32,000 nucleotides of DNA from Flavobacteriaceae bacterium (GTDB taxonomy: Bacteria; Bacteroidota; Bacteroidia; Flavobacteriales; Flavobacteriaceae): positions 1,800,001 to 1,832,000 of the forward strand of contig OZ245049.1 of NCBI GenBank assembly GCA_965224465.1. Direction: 5' to 3'. The position numbers and the translations under genes were made by a program. The stretch's first letter is position 1. Every line of letters begins with the position of its first letter. The notes under the pieces are model-generated. The model ran no database searches. It had not been told where the DNA came from and saw only the letters and a program-made list of their open reading frames with translations. Below, piece after piece: positions 1 to 8,250 of the stretch.

Positions 1-1113
1 CATATTCGCAGAAGGACCTCCAATATCTGACAAATAGCCTTTAAAATCAGGCATATTTGCTACTTTATCTACTTCTTTTAAAATAGACTCTTTACTCCTA
101 CTGGCTATAAATTTTCCTTGATGTGCAGAAATAGTACAAAAACTACAACCTCCAAAACATCCTCTGTGTATATTGATTGAAAATTTAATCATCTCATAAG
201 CAGGAATAGGCCCTCTTTTATTGTATTTTGGATGTGGTAATCTCGTATATGGCAAATCAAAAGATCCGTCTATCTCCTTCTCCGTCATTGTAGGGTATGG
301 AGGATTAATTACCAGGGTTTTATCTCCTATGTTTTGCAGCAATCTATTTCCGAAAATCTTATTAGATTCTTGTTCTATTGTTTTAAAATTCCCTGCAAAA
401 ACCTTTTTACTTTTTAAACAGGCTTCATGGGACGCTATCCATTTTTCTTCCCATTTATCACGAACAGGAATCTCCATCCCTTTATCTTGTAAATAGGCTG
501 TTTGGGCAATTGTTTTTAGACTAGAAAAAGAAGCCCCGTTTTGTAATTGCTTTACAATTTCACGCAAGGGTTGTTCTCCCATTCCATAAACCAACATATC
601 TGCTTTGGACTCTGAAAGGATATTTGCTTTTAATTGATCACTCCAATAATCATAGTGTGTAACACGTCTTAAAGAAGCTTCTATCCCTCCAATTAGCACA
701 GGAACATCTGGGAATTTTTCTTTTAATATTCTACTATAGACTTCTGTGGCATAATCAGGTCTAAACCCTTTATCTCCATTAGGCGTATAAGCATCTTTAT
801 CTCGTTGTCGTTTACTTGCAGTATAATTACTCACCATGGAATCCATTTCTCCAGCGGTAACCGCAAAAAACAAACGAGGAGTCCCCATTTTTGTAAAATC
901 CTGTAAATTATCATGTACACTTGGCTGAGCTACAATTGCAACTCTAAGTCCGTAGCTCTCCAATATTCGGCCAATAACTGCGGGTCCGAATGAAGGATGA
1001 TCTACGTATGCATCTCCACTGAACAAGATCACATCTAGTGCGTCCCATCCTCGTAATTTGACCTCTTTATTTGTGGTTGGTAACCAATCTGAAAGTCTAA
1101 GTTGTTTCTCCAT
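1..1113 (-). CDS. ygiQ: YgiQ-family (UPF0313) radical SAM protein, N-terminal 371 codons; C-terminus lies beyond the window edge
   Basis: Absent from the ORF track because there is no stop in the window. The reverse complement from 1113 is one open frame: MEKQLRLSDWLPTTNKEVKLRGWDALDVILFSGDAYVDHPSFGPAVIGRILESYGLRVAIVAQP... Near the edge it reads ...SINIHRGCFGGCSFCTISAHQGKFIASRSKESILKEVDKV...DIGGPSANM. The CxxxCxxC radical-SAM motif and the GDAYVDHPSFG N-terminal signature are typical of YgiQ. Confidence 0.8.
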   Translation of the reverse strand, partial: MEKQLRLSDWLPTTNKEVKLRGWDALDVILFSGDAYVDHPSFGPAVIGRILESYGLRVAIVAQPSVHDNLQDFTKMGTPRLFFAVTAGEMDSMVSNYTASKRQRDKDAYTPNGDKGFRPDYATEVYSRILKEKFPDVPVLIGGIEASLRRVTHYDYWSDQLKANILSESKADMLVYGMGEQPLREIVKQLQNGASFSSLKTIAQTAYLQDKGMEIPVRDKWEEKWIASHEACLKSKKVFAGNFKTIEQESNKIFGNRLLQNIGDKTLVINPPYPTMTEKEIDGSFDLPYTRLPHPKYNKRGPIPAYEMIKFSINIHRGCFGGCSFCTISAHQGKFIASRSKESILKEVDKVANMPDFKGYLSDIGGPSANM

Positions 1114-1490
1114 CGCTGCAAAAATACGTTAAAAACCTTTATAACTGCTCTTTAGGTGAACTTTTTGATTGTATTTTGTTAATCTACTGGGCGTCAAACT
1201 GATTCTGAGCCCTTGACAAAATTTGAACACTCAAAGTTTAGTATTCAAAACGCATCTATAGCAAAGAGCTATATATAAACAAGCCGACACAAATCACACT
1301 TGCAACATTTTACAGTACTTCTTTTTAGTTTATATCATCCCTAAAAGATAAAACAAAATATCCTATCCGCTGCTTTTAGCGCATATCCCAAAACCATGTT
1401 AAAATCAATTAATTACAAACAACCAATTAAACCTTTTGGGTATTTATAGGTCAAAGAAGCAAAACCAATATAAATTTAAAACATAAAAAA

Positions 1491-1958
1491 ATGAAAAAAT
1501 TAATCGGAACCATCGTACTTGTATTTGCTATCACTGTTCATGTAAATGCACAAGAAGGAATGATGAGAAAAAAAATGAACCATCCTAATTTTACGCCAGA
1601 ACAACAAGCGACACTACATACTAAAAGAATGACATTGGCTTTGGATTTAACAACCAGTCAACAGCGTGAAATACAAAAAATTAATTTAAAAACAGCTGCA
1701 GACAGAAAAGTAATGAGCGCTAATTCTAAAAGTACCAGAGGGAGTCAAGCTCAACTTACTGATACTCAAAAATACGAGAAAGCCATCGCGAGATTAGATA
1801 AAAGAATTGCTCATAAAGCACAATTAAAAACAATTTTGAGTAAAGATCAATACGAAAAATGGTCAACATTCCAAGGTCAAAAAATGAGAAAACACGGAAA
1901 AAAACATGGAAGAAAAGGATCAAATCGCATGAAGGGTATGCACAAAATGAATCGCTAA
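1491..1958 (+). CDS. Secreted LTXXQ-motif protein (Spy/CpxP/ZraP-like periplasmic protein) with basic His/Met-rich tail
   Basis: Signal peptide MKKLIGTIVLVFAITVHVNA/QE. Three LTxxQ-like motifs (LTTSQ, LTDTQ, LSKDQ). Helical, Lys/Gln-rich body. Tail is KMRKHGKKHGRKGSNRMKGMHKMNR. Confidence 0.6.
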   Translation: MKKLIGTIVLVFAITVHVNAQEGMMRKKMNHPNFTPEQQATLHTKRMTLALDLTTSQQREIQKINLKTAADRKVMSANSKSTRGSQAQLTDTQKYEKAIARLDKRIAHKAQLKTILSKDQYEKWSTFQGQKMRKHGKKHGRKGSNRMKGMHKMNR

Positions 1959-2095
1959 CAATGAACACCAATTACAATCCAAAATGACTGATTTAATAGT
2001 TTGTTTTACGTTCTAAGCTTGTTAAAAAACAGAACGATACCTATGCTATCCTTCCATTTTTTAACCTAGATAAGACAACAAACAATTCCATTTCT

Positions 2096-2124
2096 AAACC
2101 GTCACTTGGAAATGTATTTGGTAT
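2096..2124 (+). repeat. Copy A of a 29-nt perfect repeat (AAACCGTCACTTGGAAATGTATTTGGTAT); inverted partner at 8153-8181
   Basis: Direct reading: 2096-2124 equals the reverse complement of 8153-8181 at 29/29 positions. The flanking bases differ on both sides. Confidence 0.9.
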
Positions 2125-2147
2125 AAGAAGTGGTTCTTTTTCAGCAC

Positions 2148-2190
2148 AAAATCCCCCTATAAAATATTCTTTGAATTTATAGGGGGATTT
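2148..2190. terminator. Bidirectional hairpin between convergent genes (15-bp perfect stem)
   Basis: AAATCCCCCTATAAA (2148-2162), 13-nt loop, TTTATAGGGGGATTT (2176-2190). Lies between the stop of the LTXXQ gene (+) and the stop of the murein hydrolase gene (-). The U-tracts are short on both sides. Confidence 0.65.
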
Positions 2191-2313
2191 CAATTATTGT
2201 ACTGTTTATAATTAACGGGATGTCCATAAATATCTGTACAACGCTATTCCTTTGACTACATAACCAATAGTTTTCAAAATAATAGTGATACACCCTTAAT
2301 ATAGACCCACTGT

Positions 2314-3162
2314 TTATCGATTATTCAAAAACAACTGTTGTCCAATACTAATGGCATTGGAATCCAAACCATTCATAGCTTTGAGGTCCCCCACAGCTAT
2401 GTTGTATTTTCGAGCAATTGAATACAACGTATCTCCTTTTACTACTGAATGAGTTCGGGTATTGCCTTTCTTTTTTTTCTTTCTTTTTGTAGAAGAAGTT
2501 TCGTTATAATACTCCCCTAACACTTGTTTATCAAAACGCGTTAAATTATAACGTTCTATTAAACTGATTAATTTTACTGGATATTTAGGATCTGTTGCAT
2601 AGCCCGCTTTTTTGAGTCCTCTAGCCCATCCTTTATAATCTGATCTTTCCAGATTAAACAAAAACATATACCGCTGACGTTCAGACAAAAACAAGGAATG
2701 ATCACGGTAAGAATATTTAGGATGTTTGTATTTTCTAAAACACTCTTGTAGGGAATCATCATCTTTATACATCACCTCTCCTCTCCATGCTTTATGACAT
2801 TTAATTCCAAAATGATTGTTGGCTTTTCTTGCCAAGGAACCATATCCAGCTCCAGATTCTAGCAAGCCTTGCGCCAAAGTAATGCTCGCTGGAATGTTGT
2901 ATTTTTCCATTTCTATCACGGCATCTTTTCCAAATGTAGCAATATACACCAGAGATTTCCTATTTAATCTTGGGTTTTGTCTCAATTCATTTTCTACGGC
3001 ATCCACATCATACTCCAAAGACATGGAAGCATCACTTAAGCGGTTTGTTCCTTTTGTATGATGCACAACTCTAGAAGATCTGTTTACCACGCGTTTTTTA
3101 GATTTACAGCTAGTAAAAAACAGACTTATAATTAATACCGTTACTATATATTTCAATTTCAT
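2314..3162 (-). CDS. Lipoprotein peptidoglycan hydrolase: GH73 N-acetylglucosaminidase domain plus C-terminal LysM
   Basis: Lipobox-like LFFTSC. FlgJ/GH73-type motif TLAQGLLESGAGYGSLARKANNHFGIKCH. C-terminal LysM HSVVKGDTLYSIARKYNIAVGDLKAMNGLDSNAISIGQQLFL. Confidence 0.85.
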   Translation of the reverse strand: MKLKYIVTVLIISLFFTSCKSKKRVVNRSSRVVHHTKGTNRLSDASMSLEYDVDAVENELRQNPRLNRKSLVYIATFGKDAVIEMEKYNIPASITLAQGLLESGAGYGSLARKANNHFGIKCHKAWRGEVMYKDDDSLQECFRKYKHPKYSYRDHSLFLSERQRYMFLFNLERSDYKGWARGLKKAGYATDPKYPVKLISLIERYNLTRFDKQVLGEYYNETSSTKRKKKKKGNTRTHSVVKGDTLYSIARKYNIAVGDLKAMNGLDSNAISIGQQLFLNNR

Positions 3163-3164
3163 AT

Positions 3165-4094
3165 CTATTGGATAAGGGGTAATTTTTTTCTAATTAATAA
3201 TTGGTTCATTCCTTCAATTCCTTGCAATCCACCTGTGTGAATTAACAATATTTTAGTTCCTTTAGCAAAATAATCATTTTTTATCAAATCAACGATCCCA
3301 AAAACCATTTTACCTGTATAAATTGGATCTAAGGGAATGCCTGTTTCTTTTTTAAATTGATTGATAAAATGAATCAGCTCCACTTGTATTTTCCCATAGC
3401 CACCAAAACTATAATCAAGATTGATTTCCCAGTTTTTTTTAGTGACAAATTTACGGACTTCATTTGCTAAAAAATCACCTTTCAAAGAAGGAAACCCTAT
3501 CACTTTTTGTGTTTCACTACTCGCATTGATAATTCCAGCCAACGTACCGCCCGTTCCCATAGCAGCACAAATAACATTATAATGAGCATCCTTTACATCT
3601 AAAATCTCGGCACATCCTTTCACAGCAAGTGTATTTGTCCCTCCTTCTGGGACTAAATAAAAATCACCAAACTTTTCTTTTAATGCGTCTATAAATAAGG
3701 CTTCAGTTTTTTTTCTATACGCAACACGTGTTACAAAATAAAATTGCATTCCTTGTGCTGCTGCAAATTTTAAAGTCGGGTTTTTATAAAGATCCTCTAT
3801 GGATTTAGCAGCCAATTCATCTCCACGAATCACACCGATGGTTTTAAAGCCAAACTCTTTTCCTGCAGCTGCAGTTGCGGCAATATGATTCGAATATGCA
3901 CCTCCAAAAGTCAACAAAGTCTCTTGTTTTTCTTTTTGAGCTTGCACTAAATTATACGTTAGCTTCCTAAATTTATTCCCAGAAATAAAAGGGTGTAACT
4001 CATCTTCCCTTTTTATAAAAACTTCCACTTCCTTCTCTGCAATTTCTGAAAATAAAATTTGTTCTACACGACTCGAAACATTTTTTAACAACAT
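3165..4094 (-). CDS. PLP-dependent 1-aminocyclopropane-1-carboxylate deaminase / D-cysteine desulfhydrase family protein
   Basis: REDELHPFISGNKFRKL matches the GNKxRKL PLP-lysine motif of this family. Also has a Gly-rich GTGGTLAG loop and is 309 aa. Packed 1-2 nt from both neighbours, which suggests an operon. Confidence 0.8.
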   Translation of the reverse strand: MLLKNVSSRVEQILFSEIAEKEVEVFIKREDELHPFISGNKFRKLTYNLVQAQKEKQETLLTFGGAYSNHIAATAAAGKEFGFKTIGVIRGDELAAKSIEDLYKNPTLKFAAAQGMQFYFVTRVAYRKKTEALFIDALKEKFGDFYLVPEGGTNTLAVKGCAEILDVKDAHYNVICAAMGTGGTLAGIINASSETQKVIGFPSLKGDFLANEVRKFVTKKNWEINLDYSFGGYGKIQVELIHFINQFKKETGIPLDPIYTGKMVFGIVDLIKNDYFAKGTKILLIHTGGLQGIEGMNQLLIRKKLPLIQ

Positions 4095-4095
4095 A

Positions 4096-6009
4096 CTAAC
4101 TTTCTAATTCCTCCTGAATAGACTCCCATTCTTCCATCAGTTTTTCAACCTTTGCCTTTTTTGCTTGGTATTTTTCAAAAAAGGTAGGATCCGCAGATAC
4201 TTTTTCAAAATCTTTCGCCAATCTCACATCATCATCTGCAATTTCTTCTTCTAAAGAAGCAATCGTATTTTCCACTTTACTCAATCTATTTTTTAATTGT
4301 TTCTCCGCTTTATTTGAACGTTTACTTTCTTGAAAAGAGTGTTTTGAGCTCGTATCTTTTGTTACTTTAACCACGGTCGCTTTTTCTACTTCACGCATGT
4401 TCTCCAGGTTATGCTGCTCTAAATAATAATTGATATCACCTACATACTCCTTAATAACCTTGTCTCTAAAAGAATACACCGTTTCGCATAAACCTTGTAA
4501 AAAATCACGATCATGAGATACAATAATTAGCGTCCCTTCAAAGTTTTTTAAGGCATTCTTAAGTACATTTTTAGAAGCAATATCCAAGTGATTGGTTGGC
4601 TCATCCATAATCAACACGTTAAAAGGTGTCAATAACATTTTACACAATGCCAATCTATTACGCTCTCCTCCAGAAAGTACTTTTACTTTTTTATCTACAT
4701 CGTCTCCTCTAAACAAAAAAGACCCTAACATATCTCGAATTTTTAAACGATTTGAATCTGTAGATGCATCCATCATCGTATCCAATACCGTTTTTTCACC
4801 ATCCAAATATTCAGATTGATTCTGTGCAAAATAACCGATTTGTACATTATGACCAATGGTTAAATCTCCTGTAAAATCAATCTCATTAACAATTATTTTT
4901 GCCAAAGTAGATTTCCCTTGTCCATTTTGACCGACAAACGCAATTTTACTCCCACGCTCTATCATTATGTTTACATCTTCAAGCACATGATTATCACCAT
5001 AGCGCTTAGAAACATGCTCGGTTTCAATTACAATTTTCCCAGGTTGTATGGAAATTGGAAAACGAACATTCATCACAGACTTATCTTCTTCGTCCACCTG
5101 AATCCGCTGTACTTTATCTAATTTCTTAATTAAAGATTGTGCCATGGATGCCTTGGTAGCTTTGTAGCGAAACTTCTCAATTAATTGCTCTGTTTGCTTG
5201 ATTTCTTTTGCTTGATTTTTTTGGGCTGCTAATTGCTTTTCCATAATATCTGCTCGCAATAACAAATACTCAGAATAGGCCTTTTTATAATAATACATAC
5301 GTCCCAAAGAAATTTCGATGGTTCTATTAGTAACGTTATCAAGAAACATTTTATCATGCGAAACTACAATTACAGCACCGTTATATCCTCTTAAAAATTT
5401 CTCAAACCAAATAATAGATTCAATATCTAAATGATTTGTAGGCTCATCCAAAAACAATACATCGTTCTTTTGTAACAACAGTTTTGCCAATTCTATACGC
5501 ATACGCCATCCTCCAGAAAAGGTTTCTGTAAGTTTTTCGAAATCTTCTCGTTTAAACCCAAGCCCTTGTAAAATTTTCTCAGTTTCTCCTTGGTAATTAT
5601 ACCCTCCCAACAATTCATAGCGATGGCTTAAATCATCTAAATCATGTAAAATATTTTGATATGCCTCACTTTCATAATCCGTTCTAACAACCAATTGCTC
5701 ATTAATAGCTTCCAACTTTAATTCGATGCTCTTAATTTCAGTAAATGCTTGATACGCTTCTTCTAAAATAGTACGTCCTTTTTGAAAATCAATATCTTGT
5801 TTCAAAAAACCAATGGTAGTATCTTTTTCAAAGGCCATAGTTCCTTCATCGTATTCTTGATCCTTAGCAAGAATTTTTAACAAGGTAGATTTACCTGCGC
5901 CATTTTTACCAATCAATCCAATTCTATTCCCTGCATCCACCTTAAAAGTGATACCTCCAAACAATTGAGTTCCTCCAAAAGAAACTCCTACATTATGAAC
6001 ATTTAACAT
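4096..6009 (-). CDS. ABC-F family ATPase (two ABC cassettes, no membrane domain)
   Basis: Two Walker A motifs (GKNGAGKST, GQNGQGKST), two signature motifs (FSGGWRMR, LSGGERNR) and two Walker B motifs (LFLDEPTNHLD, LIMDEPTNHLD). Charged linker and coiled C-terminal tail. 637 aa. Confidence 0.9.
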   Translation of the reverse strand: MLNVHNVGVSFGGTQLFGGITFKVDAGNRIGLIGKNGAGKSTLLKILAKDQEYDEGTMAFEKDTTIGFLKQDIDFQKGRTILEEAYQAFTEIKSIELKLEAINEQLVVRTDYESEAYQNILHDLDDLSHRYELLGGYNYQGETEKILQGLGFKREDFEKLTETFSGGWRMRIELAKLLLQKNDVLFLDEPTNHLDIESIIWFEKFLRGYNGAVIVVSHDKMFLDNVTNRTIEISLGRMYYYKKAYSEYLLLRADIMEKQLAAQKNQAKEIKQTEQLIEKFRYKATKASMAQSLIKKLDKVQRIQVDEEDKSVMNVRFPISIQPGKIVIETEHVSKRYGDNHVLEDVNIMIERGSKIAFVGQNGQGKSTLAKIIVNEIDFTGDLTIGHNVQIGYFAQNQSEYLDGEKTVLDTMMDASTDSNRLKIRDMLGSFLFRGDDVDKKVKVLSGGERNRLALCKMLLTPFNVLIMDEPTNHLDIASKNVLKNALKNFEGTLIIVSHDRDFLQGLCETVYSFRDKVIKEYVGDINYYLEQHNLENMREVEKATVVKVTKDTSSKHSFQESKRSNKAEKQLKNRLSKVENTIASLEEEIADDDVRLAKDFEKVSADPTFFEKYQAKKAKVEKLMEEWESIQEELES

Positions 6010-6117
6010 ATCTAATTTACTTATTTAGACTTTTTAGCAGTGTTGAATACGCCACAAAAAAGCATGAATTTTAGCGAATGTAAAAAATCTATTGTTTAAA
6101 TCTATATATTGCAGCAT

Positions 6118-6125
6118 TAATTTTG
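6118..6125 (+). promoter_or_regulatory. Candidate Bacteroidota -7 box (TAATTTTG) for the DUF983 gene
   Basis: Exact match to TAnnTTTG, 13 nt upstream of the ATG at 6139. A TTG lies at 6092-6094, 23 nt upstream of the box. Confidence 0.45.
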
Positions 6126-6138
6126 AAACTAAGAACAG

Positions 6139-6522
6139 ATGCTAACAAAAGGAACTAAATTATACAGTATATTTAAAAACAAATGTCCCCGATGTCAAGA
6201 AGGAGATTTTATGAAAAATAACACGAAATTTAAGGTCATAAAATCAACAAAAATGCATGAAAACTGCTCCAATTGTAATTTAATATACATGATAGAACCT
6301 TCCTTTTTCTATGGAGCAATGTATGTCACCTATGGGTTGACTATTGCAATATCCGTAAGTGCATTTATAATTTCTTTTGGTCTATTTAAAGCTACTTTTG
6401 TACAAAGTATTATAGCAATCTCCATCGCTGTAATTGCCATGGTACCGATTACAATCCGATTGTCTAGAAGTATTTGGATTAATATGTTTGTTAGCTACTC
6501 TCCAGAAAAAACAACTAAATAA
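6139..6522 (+). CDS. DUF983-like small membrane protein with N-terminal Cys4 zinc ribbon
   Basis: CPRCQEG...CSNCNL (CxxC...CxxC) followed by two hydrophobic helices. 127 aa. Confidence 0.7.
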   Translation: MLTKGTKLYSIFKNKCPRCQEGDFMKNNTKFKVIKSTKMHENCSNCNLIYMIEPSFFYGAMYVTYGLTIAISVSAFIISFGLFKATFVQSIIAISIAVIAMVPITIRLSRSIWINMFVSYSPEKTTK

Positions 6523-6771
6523 GGATCAATACAATATACATTTTCAAAAGATCTTAACCAACAGCCACACCCTAAGAGTACGAGCTATGGTTCCGAAAAA
6601 CTCTATTTTATTGCAAGACAGCGCCTCTGAAAATAAGCCCCTCCAGGGGAAATGAATAACAATTTGAATTATAGTACCGCATTACATTGTTTCTTTTTAA
6701 CAACCTACATGAAAAATATAATTCAATATAATGCTACGAATTTAAAAATTAAATGGTGACAAACAACATCA

Positions 6772-7815
6772 TTAGCCATTAAACCTACTGATACAAACCT
6801 CCTTAGGAATCGCAATCTGATGTTCTAAAAAATTAAATAATTGTTCCGCTGCTTGTGGTGCAATCATCACTCCTCTAGTCCCTAATCCATTAAGAATGGC
6901 ACATTGTTTATACTTTTTATGAACACCTATCAAAGGACGTCTATCTTTTACCGTAGGCCGAATCCCTGCAACATGATCAACAATTGTATATGGTGTGGTT
7001 AAAAACATATCCAATTTCATTAACAATTCTACTTTGCCCGCCAAGGAAGGAATATTGGTCTTATCTTTCCAGTTAAATGTAGCCCCAACTTTATATAAAT
7101 CATTTCCTATAGGCATCACAAATAAAGCTGCTTTTATCAAATAATCAACCTTAAGTTCTGGAGCATGAATCGTCAGAAGTTCACCTTTAGCTTCTTGCAT
7201 TGGCAAATTATTAAACAACGGATTTTCTAACATTCCATATCCTTCGCAAAAAACGATCCTATCCGCCAGGATCCCTTTATAGTTGATCCCTGTTTTTAAG
7301 TATTCGATGGCATTGTAGTCAAAGGTTTCCTTCTTTAAAATATCTTTAGAGTTTAAAAACAATCTATAATCATAAATCAAGCCTTGCGTATCAATCCTCC
7401 CCGTATGAATCAACCTACCATACCCAAAATCACTAATAAGTCCTTGCGTCTTATCTGAGCCAATAGCAGGCAGCATATATGATTGCATAAGCGGCTTATC
7501 ACACGCAACAAACCAATTATTCTGCTCTTGAATAGATTTAAATATTCTATGAATAGGAAGTGGATGGTTGTAAACTCCCTTCAATTCTATCTCCAATTGT
7601 TTGTAAAAAGGCAAGGCTATCCTTAATTGTTCTTCTGCATTCCAAACAGGGGTAAATCGTTTTAGAATAACAGGATTATACATTCCTCCTGCAACTACAG
7701 AAGCATGTTGAGATTCGTTTTCAAAAACAACAAAACTTTTTCCTTCTGATAGTAATTTTTTAGAAAAAGCAACACCAGCCAATCCCATTCCTACAATAAT
7801 ATAATCAACCTTCAT
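6772..7815 (-). CDS. FAD-dependent oxidoreductase (DAO / glycine-oxidase-like), 347 aa
   Basis: The Rossmann dinucleotide motif MKVDYIIVGMGLAGVAFS must sit at the N-terminus, so the start is taken at 7815 (Met61 of the 407-aa track ORF). The 60-aa extension is not protein-like, and a -7 box lies inside it. Confidence 0.8.
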   Translation of the reverse strand: MKVDYIIVGMGLAGVAFSKKLLSEGKSFVVFENESQHASVVAGGMYNPVILKRFTPVWNAEEQLRIALPFYKQLEIELKGVYNHPLPIHRIFKSIQEQNNWFVACDKPLMQSYMLPAIGSDKTQGLISDFGYGRLIHTGRIDTQGLIYDYRLFLNSKDILKKETFDYNAIEYLKTGINYKGILADRIVFCEGYGMLENPLFNNLPMQEAKGELLTIHAPELKVDYLIKAALFVMPIGNDLYKVGATFNWKDKTNIPSLAGKVELLMKLDMFLTTPYTIVDHVAGIRPTVKDRRPLIGVHKKYKQCAILNGLGTRGVMIAPQAAEQLFNFLEHQIAIPKEVCISRFNG

Positions 7816-7832
7816 ATTCCTTAAATAAGGTA

Positions 7833-7840
7833 CAAATCTA
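7833..7840 (-). promoter_or_regulatory. Candidate -7 box (TAGATTTG on minus strand) for the FAD oxidoreductase gene
   Basis: The plus strand reads CAAATCTA, an exact TAnnTTTG on the minus strand. Seventeen nt separate it from the ATG at 7815. An 8-bp inverted repeat ATTCCTTA/TAAGGAAT (7816-7823 / 7839-7846) flanks it. Confidence 0.45.
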
Positions 7841-8152
7841 AGGAATACCAAAACAATTCCATAATACCTGTGTAAATAGTTTTTATAAGATCCATAAAAG
7901 AAATTCAAGGCTACAAGGCAAACTTTTAAAAGAATATTTTCAAGTATAAGCGCACGACAAAAAATAGATAAACCTTGTAAAAAGGTATATTCCAAAAACA
8001 GCTTCTATTCTTAAATAATTCTTTAAAAATATATTTTAAATTAGAATGATAATTATGGGCGTACATCTAGTATCCGTAGAAAAAAGAAGTTTTCTATGAT
8101 AAAAGAATCGTAATAAAAAAAACAAGTTAAAAGCTGCTGACACATCCGTATC

Positions 8153-8181
8153 ATACCAAATACATTTCCAAGTGACGGTTT
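8153..8181 (-). repeat. Copy B of the 29-nt perfect repeat (inverted relative to 2096-2124)
   Basis: The plus strand reads ATACCAAATACATTTCCAAGTGACGGTTT, the reverse complement of 2096-2124. Confidence 0.9.
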
Positions 8182-8199
8182 GTATTTAGTATAAAGCAT

Positions 8200-8231
8200 A
8201 AAAAAACTCTTGTTTTCACAAGAGTTTTTTT
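8200..8231 (-). terminator. Intrinsic terminator downstream of gldN
   Basis: AAAAAA-ACTCTTGT-TTTC-ACAAGAGT-TTTTTT. An 8-bp stem with a 4-nt loop, flanked by A and T runs, 20 nt past the gldN stop. Confidence 0.75.
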
Positions 8232-8250
8232 ATATAAAAAGTAATTGGAA

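Noticed and set aside
1119-1126. Exact TAnnTTTG (minus strand, TATTTTTG) next to the ygiQ start
   Set aside because: It lies only 5 nt from the ATG at 1113, so a transcript from it would probably start at or inside the start codon. It cannot be called the promoter without data.
1967-1990. Shared 17-nt string ACCAATTACAATCCAAA (then ATGA.TG) just after the stop codons of the LTXXQ gene (1967-1990) and groEL (23539-23561)
   Set aside because: For this AT-rich composition, I estimate a chance 17-mer match within 32 kb on both strands at a few tenths. That is not significant on its own, although the shared position and orientation after stop codons are curious. A genome-wide count would settle it.
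2103-2122. Reading the 29-mer core TTGGAAATGTATTTGG as a sigma-54 promoter
   Set aside because: The spacing is right (GG-N10-..), but the -12 element is GG rather than the essentially invariant GC. Copy A would fire straight into a terminator. Kept only as an unexplained repeat.
6637-6650. CCCCT-CC-AGGGG hairpin between the convergent DUF983 and oxidoreductase genes as a terminator
   Set aside because: It has only 4-5 bp with a minimal loop and a poor U-tract. Too weak to call.
6434-6655. 73-aa ORF overlapping the end of the DUF983 gene
   Set aside because: It overlaps a better-supported CDS in another frame. It has no recognisable motif and no promoter-like box.
7816-7995. 60-codon N-terminal extension of the FAD oxidoreductase ORF (track ORF 6772..7995)
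   Set aside because: The GxGxxG Rossmann motif must be N-terminal. The extension is not protein-like, and an exact TAnnTTTG -7 box (7833-7840, minus strand) lies inside it. Start set at 7815.
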